The notes beneath the pieces are model-generated. The model was not told the DNA's origin and did no database searches. It saw only the letters and a list, made by a program, of their open reading frames with translations. Positions 46,201 to 56,122 of a stretch of DNA of 64,000 bases are shown piece by piece (the first letter of the stretch is position 1; each line of letters opens with the position of its first letter). A program made the translations under genes and the position numbers. This DNA comes from Thecamonas trahens ATCC 50062. Lineage: Eukaryota; Protista; Apusomonadida. The stretch spans positions 362,136-426,135 of the forward strand of contig NW_013657654.1 of assembly GCF_000142905.1 (NCBI RefSeq). Reading direction: 5' to 3'.

Positions 46201-47676
46201 GGATGGGGATGGGGGTGGTGATGGGGGTGGCGGCGGCGGTGAGGGCGGTGGTGGTGATGAGGGCGGTGGCGGTGGCGGTGGGGATGGGGGTGGAGGCGGG
46301 GGCGGCGATGGAGGTGGCGGTGGCGACGGGGGTGGTGGTGGCGGTGGTGATGGGGGCGGAGAAGGTGGCGGTGATGTCATGCTCTCGCAAATCGACGGAG
46401 CAGTCCCGGAGCATGTCCAGCCGGCCTCGACGTTGCATGTGACGGAGCAGCCATCGCCAGCGAGAGTTCCACCATCATCACACGCTTCGCCACCCTCCAC
46501 ATACCCGTCGCCACAGGTGACGGGGGCAGGAGAGGTGGTGTAGACAAGTGGTGGGAACTTGCGCGGCTGGGAGCAGATGCCAGCTCCCGGGAGGCCACCA
46601 CAGCCAATACCGGCTTCGTTGAGAGTATGCTCGATGTCAAGGCGAAAGAGGCCAATCAAGCCGGTCTCGCATCCGGTGAGTGTAGCGAGGCGATTGGTGT
46701 CAATCTCCGCTGCCGTCCGTGAGTAGTTCCACACGCGTAGATCCCACATTGCGTCAGTGACCTCCCAGCGCATGCGGTAGTAGCCGATGTGGAGGCCGAG
46801 GCTACTTGACGAAAGCGTATATGGTGAGCCGCTCTGCTTGAGCACCATGGTCGTCTGTGGCACGCCATCGACCAAGATGGACCAGGTGCCCAAGCCTGAG
46901 TCATAGATGCCGGCCAGGTGGACATCGACACCGGGAGAGACCGAGCCGGCCGGGGCTTGCGCCTCATAGTTGCCGACACCACCGGTGGCCTGGAACGCGA
47001 TGGTCCGATGAGCCTCGTTCGCAGTGCCGGGCTGGTCAAAGATGTCGTCGCCGAGAAAGCGGATGATGAACTCGGTGGTGGTAGAGCGGAACGAGAAGAC
47101 GTCGACGCGCTCGGCCATGGCTGTGGCGTCGAGGCGAAGATTGAACTCTAAGGTGGCATCGCCGGCGATCTCCAGCGAGGGCCAGCTGCCGGACGGTGGC
47201 TCGGTGTACGAGCAGTCGGGCGCGGTCAGCGGCGACGGCGGACCAGGGCTCGATGCCGAAAACGTCTTGCGCGCCCAGTCGATCGAGTACCCGGTCTGTA
47301 CGACGGAGGTGTCTGACTGAAAGACGACGACAACCTGCGAGGCCTCAAAGTACATGGTCTGACCCAGCGCCTCGGTCCCGGTTACGCGAATCTTGAGAAA
47401 CTCGGTACTCGGGCTGGTCGTCCCCTCGTAGATGTACATGTAATCGTAGCCGTTCTCAAGGTCAAAGGTGTTGAAGACGAGCTCGATGCCGCCATGGACA
47501 AAGTCAAAGGTGTAGCTGCAGTCTGCGTTGCTGATGTAGTTGGCGCCAGGTGTGGCCAGAGTTCCACTTGTAACACCTGCAGCCGAGGTGTGCATCTCAT
47601 TGGTGCATGCTGTTGCCGTTGGGATGAGAAGAGCAAGGAGAGCGAGCGCAGCGATGGCGCTGCTCGCCACCCACAT
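43261..47676 (-). CDS. Single-pass receptor adenylyl-cyclase-like protein, paralog B (intact)
   Basis: Signal peptide MWVASSAIAALALLALL; CUB (NYISNADCSY..FDLENGYDY); LamG-like; poly-Pro; Cys repeats; TM; cyclase motifs TDIENSTMLWE, GYEFKTEGDAF, RVRMGIHYG. Confidence 0.92.
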   Translation of the reverse strand: MWVASSAIAALALLALLIPTATACTNEMHTSAAGVTSGTLATPGANYISNADCSYTFDFVHGGIELVFNTFDLENGYDYMYIYEGTTSPSTEFLKIRVTGTEALGQTMYFEASQVVVVFQSDTSVVQTGYSIDWARKTFSASSPGPPSPLTAPDCSYTEPPSGSWPSLEIAGDATLEFNLRLDATAMAERVDVFSFRSTTTEFIIRFLGDDIFDQPGTANEAHRTIAFQATGGVGNYEAQAPAGSVSPGVDVHLAGIYDSGLGTWSILVDGVPQTTMVLKQSGSPYTLSSSSLGLHIGYYRMRWEVTDAMWDLRVWNYSRTAAEIDTNRLATLTGCETGLIGLFRLDIEHTLNEAGIGCGGLPGAGICSQPRKFPPLVYTTSPAPVTCGDGYVEGGEACDDGGTLAGDGCSVTCNVEAGWTCSGTAPSICESMTSPPPSPPPSPPPPPPPSPPPPPSPPPPPPPSPPPPPPPSSPPPPSPPPPPPSPPPSPSPPPPPPPSSCGDSVVTPGLESCDDGNTAPGDGCSSSCQLEPGYACLTPGAPCTTCAHPNGMDCAGTCDGNAILDACNVCSGGTTNRLPNADRDDCGVCFGGNADRDDCGVCFGANAHKDECGVCFGSNTTCAGCDGVPNSGLVRDVCGVCDGDGSSCLGCDGVPIPSGGAHFDACGVCGGNATVCYVGCDGVYGSSIHYDCHGVCGGNATIDSCGMCAGGNVSTPLPYNYHLDSCGVCFGQDLTCTTCASGVLDACGVCDGDNSTCVGCDGIRVSDGGALFDLCGVCGGDGSSCIMGCDGVLGSSATYDCTGTCSGTAAIDECNSCTGGTSLIPTANFFRDDCGICFRGNVDRDSCGVCFGGDADRDDCGVCRGHNAAMDDCGACFGSNLAKDDCGTCYGNNTVCAGCDGIPNSGLIVDACGVCTLPAAGCNGIRAATRSSTVSPLVVSAMGGSVVVICILLIAALVIAYRRRRSASVLAYHATLADKAPQGEIFIISTDIENSTMLWEINPDQMIVVLDKHNEIMRTAITATGGYEFKTEGDAFFVAHADVEAAVACCVRAQLDLMAVAWPNWLVSVLPSGDPAVWNGVRVRMGIHYGQVSSAFDVRAGRTQYFGSMVNLATLVSDTGTGGQIVTSREVIDQLAAARSRLDLDDAHDNAAFAPAEVTVTPLANVAFDGMSASCEVWEIMPTTLANRAYDMGLDRINKIASISRPLAAETPPPLATGIPVSARTLRSEATTCELASVVRVSTASRTRVRTRARTRARKRNHSNAAASQPLAHESVHLRSASMSAAATVPSGVASRSPSAVRTVVSNSSMSRGSPSPRRSKRSHDFSPDANFDLVSSKEPSRAIPPSLAELHHRGLISPSSPELRTTAQQSASSLASPATRSRRVRRRVGTNYVRRVPTDNPYAKSLNSDSVDGNSLNASFDSSVTHSPSLGDHLSPTASPSAAAAILGVSTLTRPRSRSMSLATSTLNP

Positions 47677-48048
47677 GGAGCGCTGGCCAACTGTGTGCAA
47701 ATTGGCGCTGCGGGGGCAAGGCCAGGCGATGAGGGGTTCGCTCTGTGTGAGTGCGTGTGTGTGTGGAAAGAGAGAGAGAGCGAGTGAGAGTATGTGTGTG
47801 TGTGTGTGTGTTTGGCGTGGCAGGTGTGGGGACAGGTGATGTGCTAGCAGTGGTGGTGGTAGCGGTGGTGGTGGTGGAGCTGTATTGCCCGTGAGGCCGC
47901 GCGTGCCGAGGGCGGCATTGACACGTATGGCATGGTGTGGCAATTTTTTTTGAATGTGCCGCAGGATGTGCCATGATACGCTTCGCGACAGCAGTCGAGG
48001 TTGAGTTGTGGTGGTTGGCGGCGTTGGTACTTGACTCGCTGGCACAGC

Positions 48049-48930
48049 ATGGCAGCGGTGGGCAAGGACAAGAGCAAGGCCAAGGCCAAGAGCAAGGACA
48101 AGAGCAAGGCCAAGGCCAAGAGCAAGGACAAGAGCAAGGCCAAGACTAAGGCCAAGTCCAAGTCCAAGTCCAAGAGCACGGACCATGAGGCTGTGGCTGG
48201 ACCGGCTGGGGATGGGCAGGATGCAAGCGAGGATGGCGGGGCGGGAAACGATGAGTCCGTCGAGAGGGCCAGCCAGGGGTCGAGCAAGGCCAAAGGAGGG
48301 AGAGGTGGCAAGAGCTCAAGGTACATCCTGTTTGTGGGCAATCTCGGGTACTCGACCAAGCCGGAGCATGTGATTATGCACTTTGGCGAGTATGTCGACA
48401 CCGACTCGATCGTCACCTTCCGGCTCAACACCGATCGGCACACCGGCAAGTCCAAGGGCTGCGGCTTTATCGAGTTCTCCTCACCGTCTGCCCTCCATGC
48501 GGCTGTTGTTCACGTCCACCACTCCAAGCTCCACGGCCGGGTCATCAACGTCGAGCTCACTGCCGGCGGCGGCGGCAAGGCGGCCAAGCGCCAGGAGAAG
48601 ATCCTGGTCAAGAACATCAAGTTCCGCAAGGAGGTTCGCGCCGCTGCCAAGCGCAAGCATAATGCCGATAACTCTGCCGAGCACAGCGGCCGCGGAAGCT
48701 TTGCTCCCCCGGCTAAGCGTCAACGCACGCTTGCCGCGGATGGCGGCACTGGGGCCGGTGGCGATGGTGCTGACGTGGTCAAGGGCAAGGGCAAGGGCAA
48801 GGACAAGAGCAAGGGCAAGGACAAGGACAAGAGCAAGAGCAAGAGCAAGAGCAAGAGCAAAGGCAAGGACAAGAGCACGGACTCGGCGCCGCCCGGATCG
48901 GGTGATGCCACTGCGTGGTGGAACCAATGA
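48049..48930 (+). CDS. NOP6: Nucleolar RRM protein, Nop6-like
   Basis: RYILFVGNL (RNP2), SKGCGFIEF (RNP1), HHSKLHGRVINVELTAGGGG..R.EKI..KN, and Lys-rich tails. Confidence 0.75.
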   Translation: MAAVGKDKSKAKAKSKDKSKAKAKSKDKSKAKTKAKSKSKSKSTDHEAVAGPAGDGQDASEDGGAGNDESVERASQGSSKAKGGRGGKSSRYILFVGNLGYSTKPEHVIMHFGEYVDTDSIVTFRLNTDRHTGKSKGCGFIEFSSPSALHAAVVHVHHSKLHGRVINVELTAGGGGKAAKRQEKILVKNIKFRKEVRAAAKRKHNADNSAEHSGRGSFAPPAKRQRTLAADGGTGAGGDGADVVKGKGKGKDKSKGKDKDKSKSKSKSKSKGKDKSTDSAPPGSGDATAWWNQ

Positions 48931-50177
48931 ACACAGAGCAGGCTTTGCAATCGCCAACGACCGTAGTGTCACCAGTGTAGCATGCCTGCTGGCACAGGCG
49001 TGGACCTTTCTCCCTGGTTCACAGCGGATGTATTAGGGTGAGAACGTGTGGCTGCGTTTGGTGTAGCCAGTCCCGGCAAACGCCACATGACTTGATGACC
49101 TCTCACTCACCCGCAAACTTTGGCCGACTTTCCCCGCAACCCCCGCATGGCCACGTCGGCTGCGGCTCATCCCCAGTAAGCGCACCAAGGACATGCCACA
49201 CACCACGCTTCATGCCCACATGCGTGAACAGTGTCAAGGAGCACTCAGCGGACATGGCATGGCCCCAATACTGTTGGCCCGGGCTAGGAACAAATTCGGC
49301 CACGCGTGGGCGGTCACGCACATCCGCCGGGTCGGAGCGAGCGCGTGCGATAATTGGGGAATGCGCGTGCCCGAATCCAGCTGCGCGTGCGGAATGCGGA
49401 CTACTTTGCCACTCGTCTCAGTGCCACCCACGGTCGCCGCTCCTGTATGTATTCCCCCGTCCCTCCCCCCCCTCCCCCTCTCCCCCTCCCCCACCACACC
49501 TTTACACCAACAGATACATATCACCCCCTTTCCCCTCCGCCACCTTTGCTCAACCGTTCCACATGTACCATGCTAGCGGCTGGCCGTGGTCCTCCTTGGA
49601 GTGTCGTCGTCTTGACTATCGTCGGCTGCCACTGAGCACGAGCCTTTGCCAACTCTCAGCCTCATTGGCCACGCTGCATGGCCATCACCGCCACCCCTCG
49701 GCACCCAGGAACACACCCACCACCACCCATCGTTCTGCATCCTTCTCTTGCACCCGGCAGCTACCTTTACGGTTCACCCTCGTTCCAGCAGCCCCCCCTC
49801 CCCCCCCCCCCTTCCCCCCTCCCCCCCGCATTTCGTCATTCGCGGCACGCGCAACTCGAACAGCGGCGCCTCACGTGCTGACCCGATATTGTGCCGGTGT
49901 TTTGGTTGAACTGGCCATCGTGGCATTTACTTGTTGAATGATGCCAATATCTGGCCAATTCACGGCCGTCAAAACTTTTTCCCTGCCTCTCTTGTTTGTC
50001 CTTGAATGGGCGATGAAATAGGGGAAAAAGTTGCGTTGCAAACTCACACCACGCGCTCACCACAACGTTGCAACAGTGCTACACTTCACAACTCCTCCCC
50101 TCCCTCCCCCCCCCCCCCTTCCTCTCAGAGCCCAGGACCACACCCTACACTTGCTGGTTGTGGCCTGCTTTGCAGAT

Positions 50178-51374
50178 ATGCCGCTCTCACCGCGGTCGTC
50201 GCGGACGCGGTCTGCCGAGCCACGGTCCATGAGCTCACCTCACAGCCTCGAACAGGCGCTCCGTATCAACGACCTTATTGCTTCCCAGGCGCTCGCCGCC
50301 GACTCGCTGGACGTGGCACTGAAGCACGCGCGCGAGTCGACCTGGGCACTCGAGTCGGCGGTCGGAGTCGGGGCCAAGCGTCGCCGGCGGCCGCTCGACA
50401 CCGTCTCGGAGTCGACTGAGCGCTCGCTCTCGTCCGAGTCGTCGCTGAGGTCGCGCACGCGGACATACTCCCGGTCACGTGATGCCTCACACTCGTCGTC
50501 ATCGCGGAGCCTTGTCCAGCTTGGGCCTCTTGACTCACAAAAGGGCCTCTCCCTGGGATCGCCCGGCCTCCCGCTACTCGAGCTCTCGCCCGGCCTCCCA
50601 CTACTCGAGCTCTCGCCCGACCTCCTCCGCCCGCCGGTGGTCTCGCCAACCCAGACGCGGCCATGCAAGCGGCAGCGGAGGTCGTCGCTCGGCGCGGGAG
50701 CGCTGAACACACCGCCAATCATTTCGGGCGGTGGTCCGCCGCTCACGCTCTCGTCGTCGGCTCGGTCGTCTGCAGAGAATATTGCGCTCTCGCCGCGTAC
50801 GCTGGCAGCGCACATGGAGAGCCGGCGTCCGCAGTCGCTCTCGGGTTCGCCGCCCTCGGCCGGCTTGCACTCGGCGCCGGTCCTCTCGGGCCGCTCGCGC
50901 AGGCGCAACCTCTCGCCACGCTCGCTGCGGGCGTCCACCATGGGCGGTGCCACTGAAGGCCCGTCGATGGAGGCGCCCATGCTCGGCCCCATTTTTGAGG
51001 ACGCTCGCCCCGTCATCTGCACAATGGACATGTTCCCGCCGCGCCGTACTGGGCGCCGCGCTACCACTGCCGCCGCCGGCAACGTTGGGGTCGACGTCGG
51101 GGTTGACGTTGACGACGACCTCTCCCGTGCCATGTCCTCGCTCTGGGGCTCGTCACGCCGCTCGCCGCCATGTTCTAAGTCCTCCGGCAAGCGCTCAAAC
51201 CCCTCGTCCTCGGATCCTCAGCACGCGACCCTCTCACGCACCCACTCGGCGTCGCTCGGTTCGGCGCCGCGTGGCTTTGCTTCGCTCTCTGAAGTCTCCG
51301 ACTCGGACTCCTATGACGACGATGACATCGACTTTATTGCTGATGTGCTTGCGTCCGACTCGTCCGACTCGTAG
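50178..51374 (+). CDS. Hypothetical Ser/Arg/Pro-rich disordered protein
   Basis: Long ORF with many SP motifs, an internal 27-bp duplication (SPGLPLLEL x2) and an acidic C-terminus. It may have an upstream exon (ttgcag lies just before the ATG). Confidence 0.55.
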   Translation: MPLSPRSSRTRSAEPRSMSSPHSLEQALRINDLIASQALAADSLDVALKHARESTWALESAVGVGAKRRRRPLDTVSESTERSLSSESSLRSRTRTYSRSRDASHSSSSRSLVQLGPLDSQKGLSLGSPGLPLLELSPGLPLLELSPDLLRPPVVSPTQTRPCKRQRRSSLGAGALNTPPIISGGGPPLTLSSSARSSAENIALSPRTLAAHMESRRPQSLSGSPPSAGLHSAPVLSGRSRRRNLSPRSLRASTMGGATEGPSMEAPMLGPIFEDARPVICTMDMFPPRRTGRRATTAAAGNVGVDVGVDVDDDLSRAMSSLWGSSRRSPPCSKSSGKRSNPSSSDPQHATLSRTHSASLGSAPRGFASLSEVSDSDSYDDDDIDFIADVLASDSSDS

Positions 51375-51438
51375 CTAGCTGCCTCTTCTTCTGGCCACCT
51401 ACATCAAACAGTCCTGAACACAGTATGCCATGACCGAC

Positions 51439-53989
51439 TCACCGCGCCACGACAGCCACCTCATACCCGCACTCCGCCAACGCCGAACCCCATGCTCCCT
51501 GGTACCACACGAGAAAACCTATCGTCGCCGCCTCCACGGCAGCGTATACCACCTGCTGCGTTGCAAAGAGCTCCAGGCGGAGGCGGCGTGTGTGCAGGGC
51601 CCACATCAGCGTCGTGAGCGAAGCCACGCCTGTGAGCCCCGCCGTCGGGAGCCATCGCTGGAGTGTGAGACCTGCTGGCGGCGCCAATGCCTGCCGTGCG
51701 AGCAGCAGCGTGCTTGCCGAGAGGCCACATATTGTGAGCCCGGTGAGCGCAACATGTGCCGCCTCACCTGTTACTTCTGACACCAGGCCCGAGCCAATCA
51801 TCGCTAGTCCACTGAGCCAGCCCGTGGCTCGAATCGCGCCATTGTTGAGCGCAGCGGCGAGGATCTCGCCAGTTGTCGCGGTAACTAAGCCGCTGATGGC
51901 GGCGCCGACCGGATACCAGCCCGCACCGTACGGCATGACTGCAGCATCGGAGACCAGTGGCAGCCGCGCTACACAGCCAGCGCCCGAGCCCAGGCATGCC
52001 ACTGCTGTCGTGCCGACGGTACCGACCGCCACAGCAGCCATCATCACGACCCGAAGCGTGCCGATGCCGACGGCGGCAACAAGCTGTCCACTCGGCGAAA
52101 GTGGCGTTGCTGGAGCGCGGGCTTGTTGGTTATTGCCTCGTGCGGCAGCCTGTGCCACAATCTGGCACAGCGCGCTCCACCGGCACACACATGCCACAGA
52201 GCATGGAAGATGCGAAACTCCGGATCGTCCCTGGTAAGGCCAAGGACAAACCAAAAGAGAGCAAGTACGGTGAGCAGAGCCGTGACAGCACGGGTAGGTG
52301 AGCGCCAGGCAATGTCTCTCGGCGCTGCTGCACCGCCATTTGGGGCAAGGGCGGCAAGTAGCGCACCAGCAATCGGGAGCACGAGCGCGCGCGGCTCCCA
52401 TGGAGCATACACCTGAATGGCAAGCGCAACTAGGCCGAGTCCGAGCCGAAGCAGCGGCGGCGGGCCGCGGATAGCCCAAGCTCCAGTCCGCAGAAACAGC
52501 GCCTGGACCATCAGCACCGCAGCGAGATTGTCGAGCCGGTGCCAAGATCCAGCCGGGATGCCGGCGACTGATGGTGCCAGAGTCACGTCGGACCAGTGGT
52601 AGCCGGAAGAAGCAACAACAACCGCCACGCCGATGAGAGCCTCGGTCTTCCAGCCACGGGCCAGAGCAGCGGCCACTGCTGGTACAAACGCGGCGTTGGT
52701 GGCAAAGGTAAGCATCCAGTTAGCGAGCGCTAGTCTTCTTCCTCCGGCGACCACGGCAGCTGCACTCGTGGCGCCGACGCCGAGTGCTGTCGCTCGCATC
52801 TCCGCGTCGACCCAATCGGTATCGTGGGCTGCGTGAGCTGCAAACCAAATGCGCGCCGGTAGCACGCCGCGGCGGGCCTGCCAGGTGTCGGGCTCGCGAG
52901 AGTCGCGGGCGAGTACGAGTGCGCGAGCCTGAGCAGACGCCAGCGCCTCTGTGAAGCACTCGACAGCGAGCAGCTCGTCTGGCGCAATCGCAACCGCAGC
53001 CCAGGCATATTCATCGCGCGGGAGTGTCATCGTCTCGGGATAGAGTGGTTGCGGTCGGAGGAGGGCAAGGCGGCTGCAGCGAATGCCGACACTGAGCACG
53101 ATGCGACCGTTGTCGTCGATGCCGACGCGGGTGATTGCGTCGCCTGCGGCCTCGGCAAATACTGTGTGGATGTGGTGGGGAGGCAGCGTGCGGTCGTCAT
53201 CTAGCGAGTAAATAGCAACGCCCGGTCGATGACGAAGTACCGCCGCGCCGGCAAAGCTGCTGGTTCGAAGGCGGCTCCGCATGGAAACGGCGACGAGGGT
53301 AGCACGTCGGTCGAGAGCGACAGCGTCGCCATAACTCACCAGGTCGGCAATATCATCAGCTGGGGGCGAGAGAGTCCACAACGGCATTGCTTCGGTGGCG
53401 GCCTCGCATACGCTCCACGCCACCGCCGAGCCGATGTCGGAGGTAGACCCCGAGTGGATGACGGCGACGAGGAGACCGTCAGCCAGGGCCATGCTGCGCC
53501 CGACCTCGCGCCGATTGCCGCCTACATGAGATAATGGGAGCGAGATGACGGGGCCAGGCGTGATGATGATAGGCGACCGTGGATGAAGCTGAGATCTGCG
53601 ACGAGCGATCGTAAAGACCGCCAGGCGGAGGCGGACGTGATCAGCGATGACAAGGAAGTTGTCGGCAGCGGCAAGGGAGATGTACGGATCGTAGGCAAGC
53701 GAACGCTCGCGGTAGGCATCCGCCAGAAGCAGTGCAATGTCGACGGTTTGAATGAGGGCGTAACCGTCACATTGTGGCGCAAAGGCGAGTTGAGTCGCCG
53801 AGTCGCGGTAGACAAGGGTGAGGCAGGGCGTGTCGAGTCGTGGGTGAGCGAGAGTGAGAGTATGGAGGCCGGAGAAGAAAGAAAAGGTGGATGGCGGGAG
53901 GATGGCAAGAGTGGTGGGGGAAGGAGAAGCAAGCGGCAGTGATAGTGTGGCGAGGAGGAGGAGAGCGAGGGATAGTGTGGGCGGGGCAT
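51439..53989 (-). CDS. Membrane protein: signal peptide, luminal beta-rich domain, TMEM8/DUF3522 (CREST) domain, then Frag1/DRAM/Sfk1 (PGAP2)-like domain; frame breaks at ~53983-53986 and ~52177
   Basis: CREST motifs TNAAFVPA..TEALIG..SSGYHWSD..WHRLDN..FHALWH. Frag1-like motifs LPLVSDAA..AAHVALTGL..YAAVEAATIGFLVWY. One extra C after the ATG at 53989 gives MPPPTLSLALLLL. Confidence 0.65.
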
Positions 53990-54102
53990 GTGTGTGGCGA
54001 GTGACGTGGTCGGCGCCAACCGAGAGGCGGTCCTCCTGGGGTGAGATGTCGCCTACTTGGCGTGGGAAGCACAACGGAGGAGGGAAGAGGACAGCTTGGT
54101 GT

Positions 54103-55665
54103 TCACTGGGAATAGTCCATGGTAGACTCACCACGGGAGAGCGAGAGGTTTGTCTTGCGGAGGCGAGAGATTTCCTTCTTGAGGCGGATGTTGTCCATCT
54201 TGAGCTGCTGCTCGCGCTCCTTAATGGCGCACTCGCGCTCGTCGCCGAGGTCGCGCAGACCATCGAGCTCTGCCTGGAGCTCTGCGCGTTGGCGTTTGAA
54301 CGACTTTGCCTCCTGGGCAAAGGTCTTGGAGAGGATGTCGTTCTTGCGCTCCCAGCACTCGATGACGTCGTCCTTCTCGTCGAGGAGGTTGTCCTTCTCG
54401 GCGAGCTTGACCTTCATGATGTGTACGTCGCGGGCAAGGGCGTCGTACAGCTCTGCGGCAATGAGCTCCTGGCCGTCCTCGTCGACAAAGACGCCGCCGC
54501 CGGGGCGGCGTGGTGTCGCCATCATACCAGCGTGGCGCGGCGAGATGTGGGCGGTATCTGAGAGCGAGCGAGAGAGTGTGTCGAGGCGGCCGGAGAGTTG
54601 GTTGATGCGCTGGTGCTGCGACTGGATGATCTTCTCCTTACCGGCAACAGTCTCCATGACGCGCTCGAGCTCGGCCTTGAGGCCGCGGCGCTCCTCGTAC
54701 CACTCGCGGAACTTGACGCCGCCCTGCGACGATGCCATCTCCTCTGCGACGGCGTCGAGTTCGTCGTCGCGCTTGCGGAGCATGTTGTCCATGCGCTCGA
54801 GGTCCTCCTGCAGAGTGTGGATGGCACGCTCCTTGTTGCGGATGCCAGTTTCGAGCTGGCGGACATATTCTTCCGACTGGGCACGAGCCTCGAGCTCGAG
54901 CTGCAGCTTCTCGATGGCGGTGGTCTTGACACGGCAAAGGTTGTTGAGGAGCTTGTTCTCCTCGTTGAGCTCGTCAATCTTGTGCGAGAGCTCGCGGACC
55001 TTGCCGTCGAGCTGGGCCACGTCCTCGTACGACTGAGCCTGGGCACGGAGGTCGTCCTGAAGCTTGTCGATGAACGCGTCCTTCCGCTTGAGCTGCAGGT
55101 CCATGGTCTTGCGGTCCTTCCACAGCTCTTTGATCTCAGCATCCTTGGCCTTGATCTCGTTCTCCAGCCGGTCCAGCAGTTGGAAGTACGACTGATCCGG
55201 AACGTCCTTGAACGCCGCCGCCGCCGAGCCCGCTGCGCTGCCTGCGCTCCCGCGCGCCTCCTTCATCTTGGTGTTCATCTCCTCGAGCATCCGCACATCC
55301 TTGGACAGCTCCTCGTTGCGCTCGTGCGCGCGAAGGAGCTCGGTGTTCGCTTGCTCCAGCGCCGAGCTCTTGGTCACCAGCAGCTGCGACAGCGTCTCAT
55401 TCTTGTCGTGCAGCTGGTCGACCTGCTCCAGCGTCTCACGCAGCTGGCCCTGCAGCCGGACCATGGCCTCGGACGGGTCCGCCACGGCCGAGTCGAGCGC
55501 CGCCAGCCGCTTCCGCCGCCGAGCAGGGACGGCGTTCTCCAGCTGGTGGACCTCATGGTAGAGCGCTTCTAGCTGGGCACACTTTTGCAGATACAGCTCG
55601 GTCTGCGCATCCTCGTCTTGCACCTCGGCAGCCATGACAGACGCCACTGCCTCCCGCCGCGCCAT
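54103..55665 (-). CDS. MAP70-like coiled-coil protein (putative microtubule-associated)
   Basis: The blocks EENKLLNNLCRVKTTAIEKL, VKFREWYEERRGLKAEL and LYDALARDV..EKDNLLDEKDDVIE..KNDILSKTFAQEAK parallel plant MAP70 blocks in the same order. Confidence 0.75.
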   Translation of the reverse strand: MARREAVASVMAAEVQDEDAQTELYLQKCAQLEALYHEVHQLENAVPARRRKRLAALDSAVADPSEAMVRLQGQLRETLEQVDQLHDKNETLSQLLVTKSSALEQANTELLRAHERNEELSKDVRMLEEMNTKMKEARGSAGSAAGSAAAAFKDVPDQSYFQLLDRLENEIKAKDAEIKELWKDRKTMDLQLKRKDAFIDKLQDDLRAQAQSYEDVAQLDGKVRELSHKIDELNEENKLLNNLCRVKTTAIEKLQLELEARAQSEEYVRQLETGIRNKERAIHTLQEDLERMDNMLRKRDDELDAVAEEMASSQGGVKFREWYEERRGLKAELERVMETVAGKEKIIQSQHQRINQLSGRLDTLSRSLSDTAHISPRHAGMMATPRRPGGGVFVDEDGQELIAAELYDALARDVHIMKVKLAEKDNLLDEKDDVIECWERKNDILSKTFAQEAKSFKRQRAELQAELDGLRDLGDERECAIKEREQQLKMDNIRLKKEISRLRKTNLSLSRGESTMDYSQ

Positions 55666-56122
55666 CCGTCATCAGTGTGAGTCTCTCCCCGGCGACAGCG
55701 TCGCTCGCACCTCCAAAGATGGCGGCTCGGCTCCTCCGCGCGGCACCGCTGGCCACCAAAAATGTAGGCCACCAGACGCAACGCGTACACAGCCGTGGGT
55801 GCGCAGAAGGCGGCCACAGGCAGTAGAGACAGGGCTTAGGGCATGGCGCTGAGGGAGGGTGTGGGTATGAAGCATGTGTGTAAGGGAGTGGCAATGGGCA
55901 AGCCTGCTGTACGTACTCGTGTCCAAGGAGTGGTGGAGTGTGTGCGACGGGCGTTGGCCAACGGGGCTGGTGACGGTTGCTGGGCATTTGGGGCTGGCTA
56001 GTCTGCCGGCCCGAGGGGTGGTCGCTCGGCAACGGGCGGGTGGCCTGGCAACTGATGGTGGTGAGGGAGGTGTAGCGGTGGAGCGCCACTGCTCTAGGCG
56101 CCATTAGACCGGTTACACGGCT

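Noticed and set aside
47677-48186. 170-aa N-terminal extension of cyclase paralog B
   Set aside because: It overlaps the NOP6-like gene antisense and microsatellites; the real signal peptide starts at ATG 47676.
49038-49937. 299-aa ORF
   Set aside because: Low-complexity, C-run-rich intergenic sequence with a GTG start and no recognisable motifs.
604-53989. Calling the frame-broken genes pseudogenes
   Set aside because: There are no additional in-frame stops or decay, conserved motifs persist on both sides of each break, and essential genes are affected.
53990-54320. N-terminal extension of ORF 52044..54320
   Set aside because: It overlaps the MAP70-like CDS in another frame; a frame-repaired ATG at 53989 gives a clean signal peptide.
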